From a virus, in IMG/VR virus record IMGVR_UViG_3300029319_000003, positions 32,001-96,000 of that record: DNA of 64,000 bases, one strand, 5' to 3'. The position numbers and the translations under genes were made by a program. The notes beneath the pieces are model-generated. The model did no database searches and was not told the DNA's origin. It worked only from the letters and a program-made list of their open reading frames with translations. The stretch's first letter is position 1. Every line of letters starts with the position of its first letter. Below, one piece after another: positions 8,946 to 18,270 of this stretch.

Positions 8946-9643
8946 AAGAATTTAATTCGCTCTGTGTCTTCGTATAAGTTCTTACCCAGCCATCGTGTCT
9001 CTCGACCTGTGGGTTCGATTTTAATAGAGTAGTGTTTGCCCTTTCCCGCTGACTGTCCTTTGATACCCGCCTCTCTCATCATGTATAAAACTTTAAACTT
9101 CGCGTAAACTTCTGAGTACTTTGGATCTGCAAGTTGCGCTTCAGGCATATAAGAAACCGCCACCAAATCCTTTTTATTGTGATTGCCATCAATCCGTTCT
9201 GATGGGTAAAAGTCAATCCACTTAACAAAGTCTGATGTTGACTCCAACCTGTCATGCTCATGCGTTGTCCCGCTACGAACATTCATCCAGTCAAACACTT
9301 CGTATAAATCTGAAGTCTTACCAATGGGTTCCGGCAAGCCGACAATATTTTTGTCATCGAACACATAAAGCACCTGACAAGAAACATCATATGCTTTCAT
9401 GCCAGCGATGACCGCTGCTCCCTCTTCCGTAAGTCGGATGGATGAAACCTTGTCAGCAAACGGCAACAGCCCTGCCAAACTTAGATTAAAGCAGAGCCAT
9501 TCCCATCTTTTTATTTCCTGTTCTGTGCTACCACCATAGCCGATGGGGCGCTTGGGCTCACAGTATACTGCTGGTATTTCATTGTCCCATGCATACTGAA
9601 GAGCCGCAAGCGAACCACCTATGACCACCTCTTGGTGGCGCAC
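8942..9643 (-). CDS. Protein with N-terminal Rossmann/FAD-binding-like motif
   Basis: VVIGGSLAALQYA at the N-terminus resembles a degenerate dinucleotide-binding beta-alpha-beta motif. Confidence 0.5.
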   Translation of the reverse strand: MRHQEVVIGGSLAALQYAWDNEIPAVYCEPKRPIGYGGSTEQEIKRWEWLCFNLSLAGLLPFADKVSSIRLTEEGAAVIAGMKAYDVSCQVLYVFDDKNIVGLPEPIGKTSDLYEVFDWMNVRSGTTHEHDRLESTSDFVKWIDFYPSERIDGNHNKKDLVAVSYMPEAQLADPKYSEVYAKFKVLYMMREAGIKGQSAGKGKHYSIKIEPTGRETRWLGKNLYEDTERIKFL

Positions 9644-9927
9644 TAAGCCCCCGGTGCAACGACGCCCATAACAACATTCTCAGGGACGAGAAAGTACTTC
9701 GTGTCGCCAACCGGCACCTCATGAATCATATGCGATGCAACCACCAGCGTATGACCCACTTCGCCATTAAATTTTTCTGAATCGGGTGCTACTGCCAAAA
9801 GCGTAACCAACTCAAACTCATCACGCGATGAACTCTTGTAACCGTCGGGCAGAATCACTCCACCCGATTCATTATTTTCACTTGCCACCGGCTGAACGAG
9901 TAGGTGGCGATTGTATGGAATCAACAA
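9643..9927 (-). CDS. groES: Co-chaperonin GroES-like protein
   Basis: LIPYNRHLLVQP...ESGGVILPD...VTLLAVAP...VGDTKYFLVPENVVMGVV. Likely TTG start at 9927 after GGAGG; the 10128 start in the track is an overextension. Confidence 0.85.
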   Translation of the reverse strand: MLIPYNRHLLVQPVASENNESGGVILPDGYKSSSRDEFELVTLLAVAPDSEKFNGEVGHTLVVASHMIHEVPVGDTKYFLVPENVVMGVVAPGA

Positions 9928-9929
9928 TT

Positions 9930-10250
9930 TTACCTCCGACCCGTGTAGCGATAATGCCCCGGCACCCAACGGCGATGAGGACCGTAGCCCACATAGCGTC
10001 CCGGCACCCAAACCCGAACAGGCTGACGATACGGGCGGGCGTGCTGACGCACATATCCGTACTGCGGGTGTGACCAGTAGCCGGGTTGGTATCGAACTCC
10101 AACCCAAACACCGGGCACCCAAACCCAACCCACGGCTACAGCCGGAACAGGCTTCCGATGGTGATGGTGCTTATGGGAACGGTGAGCCTCGGCAGGACCG
10201 GAGGCGACAAGCCCTGCTCCAATTAGCAAGGCAAACAGTGTCTTCTTCAT
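9930..10250 (-). CDS. Secreted YXWGXW/WXXGXW-repeat protein
   Basis: Signal peptide MKKTLFALLIGAGLVASGPAEA, His-rich linker, repeats WVWVPGVW, YQPGYW, VWVPGRY, RWVPGHY. Confidence 0.75.
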   Translation of the reverse strand: MKKTLFALLIGAGLVASGPAEAHRSHKHHHHRKPVPAVAVGWVWVPGVWVGVRYQPGYWSHPQYGYVRQHARPYRQPVRVWVPGRYVGYGPHRRWVPGHYRYTGRR

Positions 10251-10270
10251 TTTACACTCTCCTTCGCGTA

Positions 10271-10555
10271 TCAACGCTTGAATGTATCTTGAACCTTCTC
10301 ATAAAAGTCAAGAAGTTGGTCAATGTCTACGTCACCACGAAGAAGACGATAGGCGCGTACTGCTACTCGCTGATCTTCCTTTGTAAGCCATCCGTTAGTC
10401 GCATAGTTTTCACGAAGAGCACGCTTCTGCTCCTTGAACGGCTCCATGCTTTCTTCAATCGCTGCAAGCGACTTAATATAGTTTTCAATATAACCTTCCT
10501 TCTGGATGGTTTCTTCGTCTGTATCAATAGTGTCTGTGTTGTTGCGTACTCGCAT
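10271..10555 (-). CDS. Small helical protein, possible T4 DsbA / GapR-like dsDNA-binding protein
   Basis: Size and pattern (YIKSLAAIEESMEPFKEQKRALRENY...AVRAYRL...QLLDFYEKV) resemble DsbA/DUF2312; own sigma70-type promoter upstream. Confidence 0.45.
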   Translation of the reverse strand: MRVRNNTDTIDTDEETIQKEGYIENYIKSLAAIEESMEPFKEQKRALRENYATNGWLTKEDQRVAVRAYRLLRGDVDIDQLLDFYEKVQDTFKR

Positions 10556-10581
10556 TTTCTCTCCTTTGGTTGAGTGTCTAT

Positions 10582-10610
10582 ACTATAGACTATTTTTATC
10601 TTGTTGTCAA
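10582..10610 (-). promoter_or_regulatory. Sigma70-type promoter TTGACA-N17-TATAGT
   Basis: -35 at 10605-10610, -10 at 10582-10587, exact 17-nt spacer. Confidence 0.75.
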
Positions 10611-10850
10611 GCGATTTCTAGAAATATTTAAAGATTTTTCAATCAATGACTTTTGTGTCTCATGTTCAGACTTTGACAAAAAAATATAATGGGACTCGCC
10701 GCACCGTTCGCAGCGCATTTGCACTCCAAAGTTGCCGCCCAATTTTGCTTCGGGCTCCATCGCCGGCACCCAATAGTGCTGCTTATTTGTGCCGCGACAC
10801 AACTGACTTTGTAGCGGCTTGGGGAGCAAGTGGTTGAGTTTAATGTTCAT
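10596..10850 (-). CDS. Hypothetical protein with CxxC Zn-ribbon-like motif
   Basis: 84 aa, MRCERCGESH; promoter immediately upstream. Confidence 0.65.
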   Translation of the reverse strand: MNIKLNHLLPKPLQSQLCRGTNKQHYWVPAMEPEAKLGGNFGVQMRCERCGESHYIFLSKSEHETQKSLIEKSLNISRNRLTTR

Positions 10851-10859
10851 TGTTGCCTC

Positions 10860-10888
10860 AATATAACATAAATAGAACCAGTTGGCAA
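10860..10888 (-). promoter_or_regulatory. Sigma70-type promoter TTGCCA-N17-TATATT
   Basis: -35 at 10883-10888, -10 at 10860-10865; the spacer also contains CTATTTAT. Confidence 0.6.
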
Positions 10889-10901
10889 GTTTTTATTTTA
10901 T

Positions 10902-13319
10902 TTATCCGCAGGCTGCATATCCGCATGTGGTGCATGTCTTGCAACCCTCGCGGTAAACCAAGGTTTCTGCACCACAACTTGAGCACATTTTATCACTGGG
11001 AATCTCGCCATCGCCAATGTAGTTCTTGAGGATCCTCGCGATGCATCTTGCAAAACTAAACATATCACTATCCTTATCCTTTTGCAGTTGCTCCACCATA
11101 AACCGTGGTTTCGCGCCGTGGCGAAGCCCCAAAGAAATCATGCGAGTAAACCCTGCATTGTTCGGATTGTCAAACACCTTTACAACATCATTAATTGTAA
11201 TGGTGTCGCCATTATACCCAAACGACAAGTCGTAACGATTGTTCTTTGTCTTGAAGTTTCGCTTCGTCAGGCGACCTGTATCATATTTTTTCGGAATCTC
11301 AATCAAACTAGCCTCGCCGCCAAGAACCTCGTATGGTCTGCCATCGAGAAGCCCAATAAGTACAACCCACTTTTCGCCTTTTATAGTTGTGTGGTGAATG
11401 TCACAATCCAAAACTTCTGGTCGAGAAGGCGCTGCTCGCTGTGGGAACACTTCTTCAGATTGCTCAGTGTTGGTAACCAAAACCCCTGTACGACTGCCGT
11501 CCACATAGACGGTCACACCCTTAAGCCCGCGTTTCCACCCTTGGCGATAAATCTGTGCAACGACCTCTGGATCAGTGCCGGCTGGCAAGTTGATTGTTGA
11601 ACTAATCGCATGATCAATAGAACGCTGAATCATCGACTGGACCTCTACGCGCTTGATCCAATCAATGCTATCGCTCTCAACAAAAAAGTCAGGAAGTTCT
11701 GTGTCTTCTCCAAACATCTCTCGCCACTCTTGTGCATTGTGGTGAAATACCGTAAACTCTTTCCAGCGGTCACCGAGGGCATCTACAAAATCAGCCTCCC
11801 CCTCTGTAGTGTCCAACTTGCGACGGCGAATGTACTTGTTTCGGAAAACAGGCTCAATGCCAGAACTAGTCTGCGACATGATTGATACCGACCCAGTAGG
11901 AGCGTTCGTAAGAATAGAAATGTTCCTTCTTCCGTACTCTGCAATCAACTGAGTAATATCGGTAGGGAGGTTTTTAATAAACTCACTGTTCTGGTCCTTG
12001 TTCCAATCAAAAATTGGAAACGCTCCGCGCTCCCGAGCGAGGATAACACTCTCCCTATACGCTTCATTACGAAGCGTCTCGTAAATGGTCCCAACAACCT
12101 TTAGCGCATCGTCTGAATCGTATGATAAGTTCATGCAAGCAAGAGCATCAGCCAACCCATGCGTGCCCAGTCCGGTCCTTCGTCCCTGATGGCAGGCATT
12201 CAAAAGTTTGTTCCACATGACCTTTTCGTCGTCGGTGTCCGCGCTCTCGATGATGGTCGTCAACTTCTCTGTCTCTAGTTCGACCAAATCATCGGACAGT
12301 CGCATCGCAATCGACACTGTGCTGGCGAAGCCTTCATAATCGAACTCTGCATCTGGAGTGAATCTATTGTTCACAAAGTTTTTCAAATTAATGGAAATAA
12401 GCCGACAACTATCATATGCAGAAAGAGGGATCTCTCCACACGGATTGGTAGAGATTGTCTTAAACCCGTCACTGGCATATGCATCTGCGGGCAGGAACCT
12501 TTCCACGTTCCCCCACATAAGAAGTCCCGGCTCCGCTGTCGTTGTCGCAGACTCTACAATTGTTTGCCACAAAGAGGATGCCTCGATCTCCCTTGTCACT
12601 GTTGGGGTGTCAGAATTAACCGGGTATTGCAGTGTAAACGATTCATTGTTCTCCACAGCAAGCATAAACTCGTCGCTTATCTTGATTGATACGTTAGCGC
12701 CCGTGACCTTAGTCAAGTCGTGCTTCATCGTAACAAACTTTTCAATGTCAGGATGCTTAATGTCCATAGTGATCATAAGAGCACCACGCCGTCCGTTCTG
12801 ACCAATCATCCGGCAAATATAAGAATATAAATCTGCAAACGACCAAGCGCCCGTTGTAGTTCCAGCGGAGTTGTTTACTGGTGTCCCGTCTGGTCGAAGC
12901 CCAGATATGTCAAGACCAACACCGCAGCGGCGCTTAAATAAATTTGCAAGATCTCTTCCGGTGTTAACGATGGAAGAGATGTTGTCGGAAGGTGATTCAA
13001 CCACCACGCAGTTTGATAGCGATACATTGACGTAATCATTCCCAATACCCATCATGGGCGAGCCTTGGGGTACAATTTTATTAAAACCCTTTAGATGCTC
13101 GTAGATCTGCTCTTCAGTAAGAGCACGCGACCCTCCAAATTTCTCCTCCATGCGAGCGAACTCACTCGCCATGCGGCGGTGCATATCATCGGGCGTTTGT
13201 TCAACAAAATTACCCAACTTATCCTTGAGAGCATACTTTGTCATGAAGACATTTGCTGCTAACTCATCGCCACCAAAATATTCTAGAGTGGCTTTCTTGA
13301 CCTCATCATTATTATACAT
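10902..13319 (-). CDS. nrdJ: Class II (adenosylcobalamin-dependent) ribonucleotide reductase
   Basis: SLSNCVV, STNPCGEI, APTGSVS, KGVTVYVDGSR, C-terminal extension ending CSSC...CKTCTTCGYAACG; no beta-subunit gene in the window. Confidence 0.92.
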   Translation of the reverse strand: MYNNDEVKKATLEYFGGDELAANVFMTKYALKDKLGNFVEQTPDDMHRRMASEFARMEEKFGGSRALTEEQIYEHLKGFNKIVPQGSPMMGIGNDYVNVSLSNCVVVESPSDNISSIVNTGRDLANLFKRRCGVGLDISGLRPDGTPVNNSAGTTTGAWSFADLYSYICRMIGQNGRRGALMITMDIKHPDIEKFVTMKHDLTKVTGANVSIKISDEFMLAVENNESFTLQYPVNSDTPTVTREIEASSLWQTIVESATTTAEPGLLMWGNVERFLPADAYASDGFKTISTNPCGEIPLSAYDSCRLISINLKNFVNNRFTPDAEFDYEGFASTVSIAMRLSDDLVELETEKLTTIIESADTDDEKVMWNKLLNACHQGRRTGLGTHGLADALACMNLSYDSDDALKVVGTIYETLRNEAYRESVILARERGAFPIFDWNKDQNSEFIKNLPTDITQLIAEYGRRNISILTNAPTGSVSIMSQTSSGIEPVFRNKYIRRRKLDTTEGEADFVDALGDRWKEFTVFHHNAQEWREMFGEDTELPDFFVESDSIDWIKRVEVQSMIQRSIDHAISSTINLPAGTDPEVVAQIYRQGWKRGLKGVTVYVDGSRTGVLVTNTEQSEEVFPQRAAPSRPEVLDCDIHHTTIKGEKWVVLIGLLDGRPYEVLGGEASLIEIPKKYDTGRLTKRNFKTKNNRYDLSFGYNGDTITINDVVKVFDNPNNAGFTRMISLGLRHGAKPRFMVEQLQKDKDSDMFSFARCIARILKNYIGDGEIPSDKMCSSCGAETLVYREGCKTCTTCGYAACG

Positions 13320-14715
13320 TTTCCCCTCGGCTTTTTCTAAATTTCTTATATTTCTCTTTTAATGTCTCGGCTTGATCTTTCGCAGTTGTCGCAAAGACAG
13401 AAGTTATATCTGTAGTGTTTTGTGGAAGAACATTGATTTTAACAATGCTTGTGTCCATTTCAATTGGGAAGATCAAGCCGTCCGGTCCATTTCTGTTTTT
13501 CGCGATGAAGGCACGTCCAGTGTTGTTGTTCTTATCAATCACTGTTCGTGAAACAGTAAAAATAAAATCAGAAACAAAGCACTTATTAAATGCTTCCGAG
13601 ATTGCTTCCATCGTAATCACTTCTGCGTTCAGCCCAGAGCGATTCGTTTGGCTAGCAGTCCAGACCGGACATTCATGGATTTGTGCCAACCCCCTTAACT
13701 CTTCGTAAATAGATTCCAGTTCGGTTCTTTTCTCTTTTCTTGCCTTAATAGGTCGCAATAGATCACCATAATCAACAATGACCATATCGACCTTAATATC
13801 TTGCGCCTTCAGTTTGTCGAGATGCACCTTGATGGTCTGAGTGGAGGCTGTTTTCGTTGGGTACTCTTTAACGATCAGCCGACCGGGAATCTTCTTGACC
13901 ATCTCATATACATCATCTTTGCGAGTCAGTACTTGTCCAAGAGGAATGCTGGTAAGCCGGCTATCATAGCGAGTTGCAACAACAGTATCTGCCAACTCCA
14001 GTGTATAGTGAACAACTGTCTTGCCGCGAGCAACTGCCTCCGCTCCAAGATGAACAAGAACCATTGATTTGCCGGCTCCCGTGGGGGCAATAACACAACC
14101 CAGTTCGCCACTGCCGAGCCCGCCGCCGGAAAGTTTATCAAACTCAGCCCAGCCTGTGCTAATCGGATTTCTTGCCTTGATTTCGAATCGGCGCTCAAAA
14201 TCTTTCAAGTAATCATAGCCAAAATTATTATTTTGCCCCAACTTGAGGGCATCATTGATAATTGTGGAAATTTCTTCATAAGAAGATTTCTGGATCAGCG
14301 GCACAGTCTTGAGCATAGCCTCCTTCAACTTCTGCTTCTTACAAAAATCCAATGCTGTTGATTTAATATAATCAGAGTCGCCAACTCCATCTGTGGTGGA
14401 CAAGATGCGAGCAAAGTATTCTCGGACTTGCTTCCTGCTCATTGGCGACTCGTCATCCAAGTCGGTTCGCAGTATAGTTGTCAGCGTGTCTCTTGATGGG
14501 TGTGAGCCATACTTCTCACGATAATCTAAAAGTTTAGTTACGAAGATTCGGAGATACTTCAACTCCAAAAACTCTATATCCAAAACCTCAGAAATCTGAT
14601 CAGTAAAAGCCCGGTCATCAAGGATCACTTGACAAAGATTTTCTTGAAATCTTGTCCCATACTTGGAAAAAGAAATACTCTCTTCTGGTGTTGTCATGTT
14701 GCCCCTAATTGTCAA
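13312..14715 (-). CDS. dnaB: Replicative DnaB/gp41-like helicase (start may be 14697)
   Basis: Walker A GELGCVIAPTGAGKS, YTLEL, IVDYGDLL, WTASQTNR, IAKNRNG. Confidence 0.92.
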   Translation of the reverse strand: MTIRGNMTTPEESISFSKYGTRFQENLCQVILDDRAFTDQISEVLDIEFLELKYLRIFVTKLLDYREKYGSHPSRDTLTTILRTDLDDESPMSRKQVREYFARILSTTDGVGDSDYIKSTALDFCKKQKLKEAMLKTVPLIQKSSYEEISTIINDALKLGQNNNFGYDYLKDFERRFEIKARNPISTGWAEFDKLSGGGLGSGELGCVIAPTGAGKSMVLVHLGAEAVARGKTVVHYTLELADTVVATRYDSRLTSIPLGQVLTRKDDVYEMVKKIPGRLIVKEYPTKTASTQTIKVHLDKLKAQDIKVDMVIVDYGDLLRPIKARKEKRTELESIYEELRGLAQIHECPVWTASQTNRSGLNAEVITMEAISEAFNKCFVSDFIFTVSRTVIDKNNNTGRAFIAKNRNGPDGLIFPIEMDTSIVKINVLPQNTTDITSVFATTAKDQAETLKEKYKKFRKSRGENV

Positions 14716-15670
14716 ATGCGATTTTATTTAAATGCTGAAAGAGATCACTCCAGTTCCACTCTCCGAAGCCGTCTTCGATCATCATGGCACGGACGCCGGT
14801 CTTATTGAAAGACCACTCGATGTTGTCCAGCGCAAATTGAAGTTTGCGACGACCCTGCACAGAAATGCTTGGAGAATACAACTGCATCATCTTGTAGTTT
14901 AACTCAATTGTGTCTCGACTTTCAATGATATTTGTAAATACTTTTAATTTAGACTCTGCAAGGATCTCTGAGTGGCAATGATCCATCAGAGCGTCAATTG
15001 TGCAAACCTCTTCGGTCTTCATAAACGGAAACCTTTTAGCCACTGTCGCCAAGCCTACACCGGGCACACCCGGCAGGTTGTCAGACTTATCACCAGCCAC
15101 GGCGCGTGCTAATGCAAAGTTGCCGGGATGGATATTGAACTTTTCAATAATAGAGTTCTTGTTCAAGACCTCTTTCTGAATAGGTCGAAACACCACAGTC
15201 TCATCGTCACACAACTGGAAAAAATCTTTATCACTGGATACAATTACTTTTTGCCAGCCAGAGTATTTCTCAGAGCCGACGACATAGGAAATTATATCAT
15301 CTGCCTCGACGCTCTCCAGCATCAGTTGCATAATCGGCATTTCGTTCAGCAACTCAACGAGCCTTGTCTGTTGCCAGATTTTATTTTCGACCTCTTCATT
15401 TTCCGTCATGTTGCGGATTTCACGATTCAGGCGAATCGGCTTGCGACCTTCTTTATAGCCCTTTGCAAGAGTCTTTCGCTTTTGTGAACCTCCGGCTCCA
15501 TCCCAGCAAATAACAATCTGATCGGGCTTTGTTTCACGCACCAACTTCTGAAGGATCTTTAAGAAGCCCTTGACCCCGCCGATTGGCTGACCGTTTGTTG
15601 AAAGGCTGGGGTCTACGATATAGGCGCGGAAATACATGTTCAGCGCATCAATAACTAACAATCGTTTCAT
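14705..15670 (-). CDS. 5'-3' exonuclease / flap endonuclease (Pol I N-terminal domain-like)
   Basis: LLVIDALNM, CWDGAGGS, EADDIIS, VSSDKDFFQL, GDKSDNLPGVPGVG. Confidence 0.93.
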   Translation of the reverse strand: MKRLLVIDALNMYFRAYIVDPSLSTNGQPIGGVKGFLKILQKLVRETKPDQIVICWDGAGGSQKRKTLAKGYKEGRKPIRLNREIRNMTENEEVENKIWQQTRLVELLNEMPIMQLMLESVEADDIISYVVGSEKYSGWQKVIVSSDKDFFQLCDDETVVFRPIQKEVLNKNSIIEKFNIHPGNFALARAVAGDKSDNLPGVPGVGLATVAKRFPFMKTEEVCTIDALMDHCHSEILAESKLKVFTNIIESRDTIELNYKMMQLYSPSISVQGRRKLQFALDNIEWSFNKTGVRAMMIEDGFGEWNWSDLFQHLNKIAFDN

Positions 15671-16587
15671 GCTGCCATCCTCTTGCGGTACTCCAGCAGT
15701 GCAATTTCTTTGTGTTTGGCTTCGATCATAACGTCAAGATCGTGACCGTAGTCATCGAACGGATGAATAATACGGTCAGAGTGTGCTTGCGGCTTGATCT
15801 TAGGGTTGTTGTGCTCCACTGACCGTGACTCTGCATAGTGTACGACTGGCTTGATATTACCCCACGTCGATAGGGCGAGTTCAAGTGCCTCTTGCTCTGT
15901 TTGACCACCGGGGTGGAGCATGTGGTGGTGGTAGTCAAATACGATAGGAATACCAATGCGCTTGTATACGCCCTCATACAACTCTAGGGTTGAATACAGT
16001 GATTCCTTGTCGTCGTTCTCGACAGTTAGACGAGAGCGAACGGACTCTGGTAGGCGCTCAAAGTTGCGACAGAAGTTGTCAAGCGCAAACGGCTTGTCAC
16101 CGTAGGCTGCGCCGACATGAATATTTAGTTTTGCGTATGGTGTGCGTGGCAATCCGATCATGTCGAACAAGTCAGCATGGACCTTGAGATCTGATAGCGT
16201 GAGTTGAAAGACGCGCTCTTTGGGAGATGCAAGTTTGTTGAATGGACCCGGATGGGATGTTAGGCGCATATTGTGTTCGCGGGCAAAGTTGCCTGCCTTC
16301 TTACACGCTGCAAGAATCAAATCGTAATCTGGCAAGTCTTGCATATCATACTCGCTCGCCCACGGGATAATGTCTGACGACAAGCGATAGAAATAAATGT
16401 CATTGGCAAGATTCCACTCTAGAATCTTGTACAAATCACGCACATTCTGCAACGCAAGTTGTGACGCATATGAAATGCCGCGCTCCTGAAATGTGCGCTT
16501 GATCATGGTGCGGTTTGTTGTGATCCGCTGCGACTTGGGTCTGGTTGAAAAACCCATGTTGATGCAAGCGTAGCCGTAATTTTTCAT
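15667..16587 (-). CDS. uvsE: UV-damage endonuclease (UVDE)
   Basis: GYACIN, FYRLSSD, RLTSHPGPF, NIHVG, LTVENDD, FDYHHH, HYAES, AHSD, MIEAK. Start at ATG 16587, which overlaps the upstream stop (ATGA). Confidence 0.95.
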   Translation of the reverse strand: MKNYGYACINMGFSTRPKSQRITTNRTMIKRTFQERGISYASQLALQNVRDLYKILEWNLANDIYFYRLSSDIIPWASEYDMQDLPDYDLILAACKKAGNFAREHNMRLTSHPGPFNKLASPKERVFQLTLSDLKVHADLFDMIGLPRTPYAKLNIHVGAAYGDKPFALDNFCRNFERLPESVRSRLTVENDDKESLYSTLELYEGVYKRIGIPIVFDYHHHMLHPGGQTEQEALELALSTWGNIKPVVHYAESRSVEHNNPKIKPQAHSDRIIHPFDDYGHDLDVMIEAKHKEIALLEYRKRMAA

Positions 16588-16979
16588 AGTTTTAATGCTC
16601 CTGCGGTTTGTTCGTCTATAGAATATATAACACGTTTGACGCCAACATGCAATAGTGCTTGGTAGCACATTTTACAAGGTTTTGACATTCGGAACTCGCC
16701 CCCCTTGCCAATTCTAACAACATATACAGTTGAACCCGTGGTCACGCTGCGGTCCATGCCAAGGATACAACCCAGTTCTGCATGATGCGTGGCGTGACCG
16801 CAGTTGCGCTGCCGGAAACGATTTCCAAAAGAAACTTGCCGATTTTTGTTAGCGGCTACACTGCGAATCTTATTACCCTTCACTAACACCGCGCCGTGTC
16901 GGTAATCTGGTGAGCACGATGATTCTGCCACTTTGCGGGCAACCTCAAAATGACGTTTTATCTTACCAGAAATCTTCAT
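16584..16979 (-). CDS. Zn-dependent cytidine/dCMP-deaminase-fold protein
   Basis: RHGAVLVKG...N, HAE, SKPCKMC. Confidence 0.85.
   Translation of the reverse strand: MKISGKIKRHFEVARKVAESSCSPDYRHGAVLVKGNKIRSVAANKNRQVSFGNRFRQRNCGHATHHAELGCILGMDRSVTTGSTVYVVRIGKGGEFRMSKPCKMCYQALLHVGVKRVIYSIDEQTAGALKL
16624..16652 (-). promoter_or_regulatory. Sigma70-type promoter TTGCAT-N17-TATATA, inside the deaminase 3' end and upstream of uvsE
   Basis: -35 at 16647-16652, -10 at 16624-16629. Confidence 0.5.
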
Positions 16980-17006
16980 AAGGAAGCCCCTATTGCGTTA
17001 TATTAT

Positions 17007-17035
17007 AATATATCACAATAGGGGCAGGCTGTCAA
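17007..17035 (-). promoter_or_regulatory. Sigma70-type promoter TTGACA-N17-TATATT
   Basis: -35 at 17030-17035, -10 at 17007-17012, upstream of the deaminase. Confidence 0.75.
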
Positions 17036-17054
17036 GGTGCGAATGCCAAAAAGA

Positions 17055-18188
17055 TCACTCACCTCCTTCTTCGGCAGTGTCGTCTACATCATAAAAATCA
17101 GCAGCATTACCTTCCCTCTTCTCAAAGCGAAGAATAACCTCTTCATCCATGATCTCAAGCACTCTGGCTTTAAATGATTCATCTTGTAGTTTATCGAGCC
17201 ATTGCTTGGTTTGGAACTTATCGGTCTTTCCATCTGCGTGATGCAGGGTAAACCACGCCCCACTGTTTGTCAGAGATTCTGACCCCTTGATAGCCTCAAG
17301 CCAACTCTCTTCATCTTTGATTCCGACTTCGCCGCCCCAAAGAATCTTAAAAGCACACTGACGCCCCTGTGTCCCGAAACGGGACTTTTCTAATTTAACT
17401 TTTACCTCAGAGCCGATTCGGAAACCACGGTCATCCATGATAAATGACGCCTTTGCCTTGCGACCAGTAAGCCAAACGCGAAGACTATAAGTATAGTGCA
17501 TCGCTTTGCCACCCGGTGTAAAGTAAGGGGTGGTCATAGCCTCGGCTACATTACTGGTAATGTTTGTCTTCAACTGATTCAGAACAACCAGCGTGGCTTC
17601 GGCGTTTGCAATTGGCTGGACCAACTTTGCCATGCCTTTTGACAAGATACGCGGCTTGACAGCCATCGAACTTAGAGGATTGAAATCACCCTCAATATCC
17701 GTGGTGCTCGGTGTTAGCGCAAGACTATCCCATACAAACAAAAGTCGATTCTCCGAACTTTCTAGAAGTTCCTCAATCGTCTCCAAGACAAATTCAACTG
17801 ACTCTGCCTGAACGTACAAAATGCGCTCAAGGTCACACCCAGCGGCTTCTAAGAACGCAGGATCGATTGCAGACTCCGCGTCAAAATAAACAACATCAAT
17901 GCCCATCTTTTGGGCGTTTGCAGCGATTTGTGCTGCCATATAACTTTTACCGGTAGACTCAAGACCCGCGATCTCGGTCACCTTCCCAACTGGGACGCCT
18001 GCCAAACGACCTCGGCAGATAATACTGTCGAGCCAGCGACTTCCAGTGGGAATAAATTCTTTTACCTCGGTAGGATTATCATCGGTTAGGTCATATGCAA
18101 CAGCAACCCCAGCCTTCTTGTTAATAATCTTCCGCATATCCGCAATGCTAAGTTTTCCAGCCTTTGCGGTTCGTTTTCGTGCCATCAT
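17055..18188 (-). CDS. recA: RecA/UvsX recombinase
   Basis: IPTGSRWLD, EIAGLESTGKS, FDAESA, VWDSLA, VLNQLK, TPGGKAMHY, KLEKSRF. Confidence 0.95.
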   Translation of the reverse strand: MMARKRTAKAGKLSIADMRKIINKKAGVAVAYDLTDDNPTEVKEFIPTGSRWLDSIICRGRLAGVPVGKVTEIAGLESTGKSYMAAQIAANAQKMGIDVVYFDAESAIDPAFLEAAGCDLERILYVQAESVEFVLETIEELLESSENRLLFVWDSLALTPSTTDIEGDFNPLSSMAVKPRILSKGMAKLVQPIANAEATLVVLNQLKTNITSNVAEAMTTPYFTPGGKAMHYTYSLRVWLTGRKAKASFIMDDRGFRIGSEVKVKLEKSRFGTQGRQCAFKILWGGEVGIKDEESWLEAIKGSESLTNSGAWFTLHHADGKTDKFQTKQWLDKLQDESFKARVLEIMDEEVILRFEKREGNAADFYDVDDTAEEGGE

Positions 18189-18200
18189 GTTAACCCCGTT

Positions 18201-18245
18201 ATAAAAAATAAAAATGTGGCAGACTATTCACAACCCGGTCTGCCA
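18201..18245 (-). terminator. Rho-independent terminator after the SSB gene
   Basis: TGGCAGAC (18217-18224) / GTCTGCCA (18238-18245) stem, followed by a T-rich tract on the minus strand. Confidence 0.65.
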
Positions 18246-18270
18246 TCGGTTTCCTTTCAAGGGGTTTCAA

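Noticed and set aside
9928-10128. N-terminal extension of the GroES ORF (161 aa in the track)
   Set aside because: Overlaps the YXWGXW gene in another frame; a GGAGG plus TTG start at 9927 fits GroES length.
9911-10573. 220-aa plus-strand ORF, and the other plus-strand ORFs in the track
   Set aside because: They are antisense shadows of well-supported minus-strand genes, without RBS or recognisable motifs.
16588-16668. N-terminal extension of UvsE
   Set aside because: Overlaps the deaminase gene; the ATGA-coupled start at 16587 gives the canonical GYACIN N-terminus.
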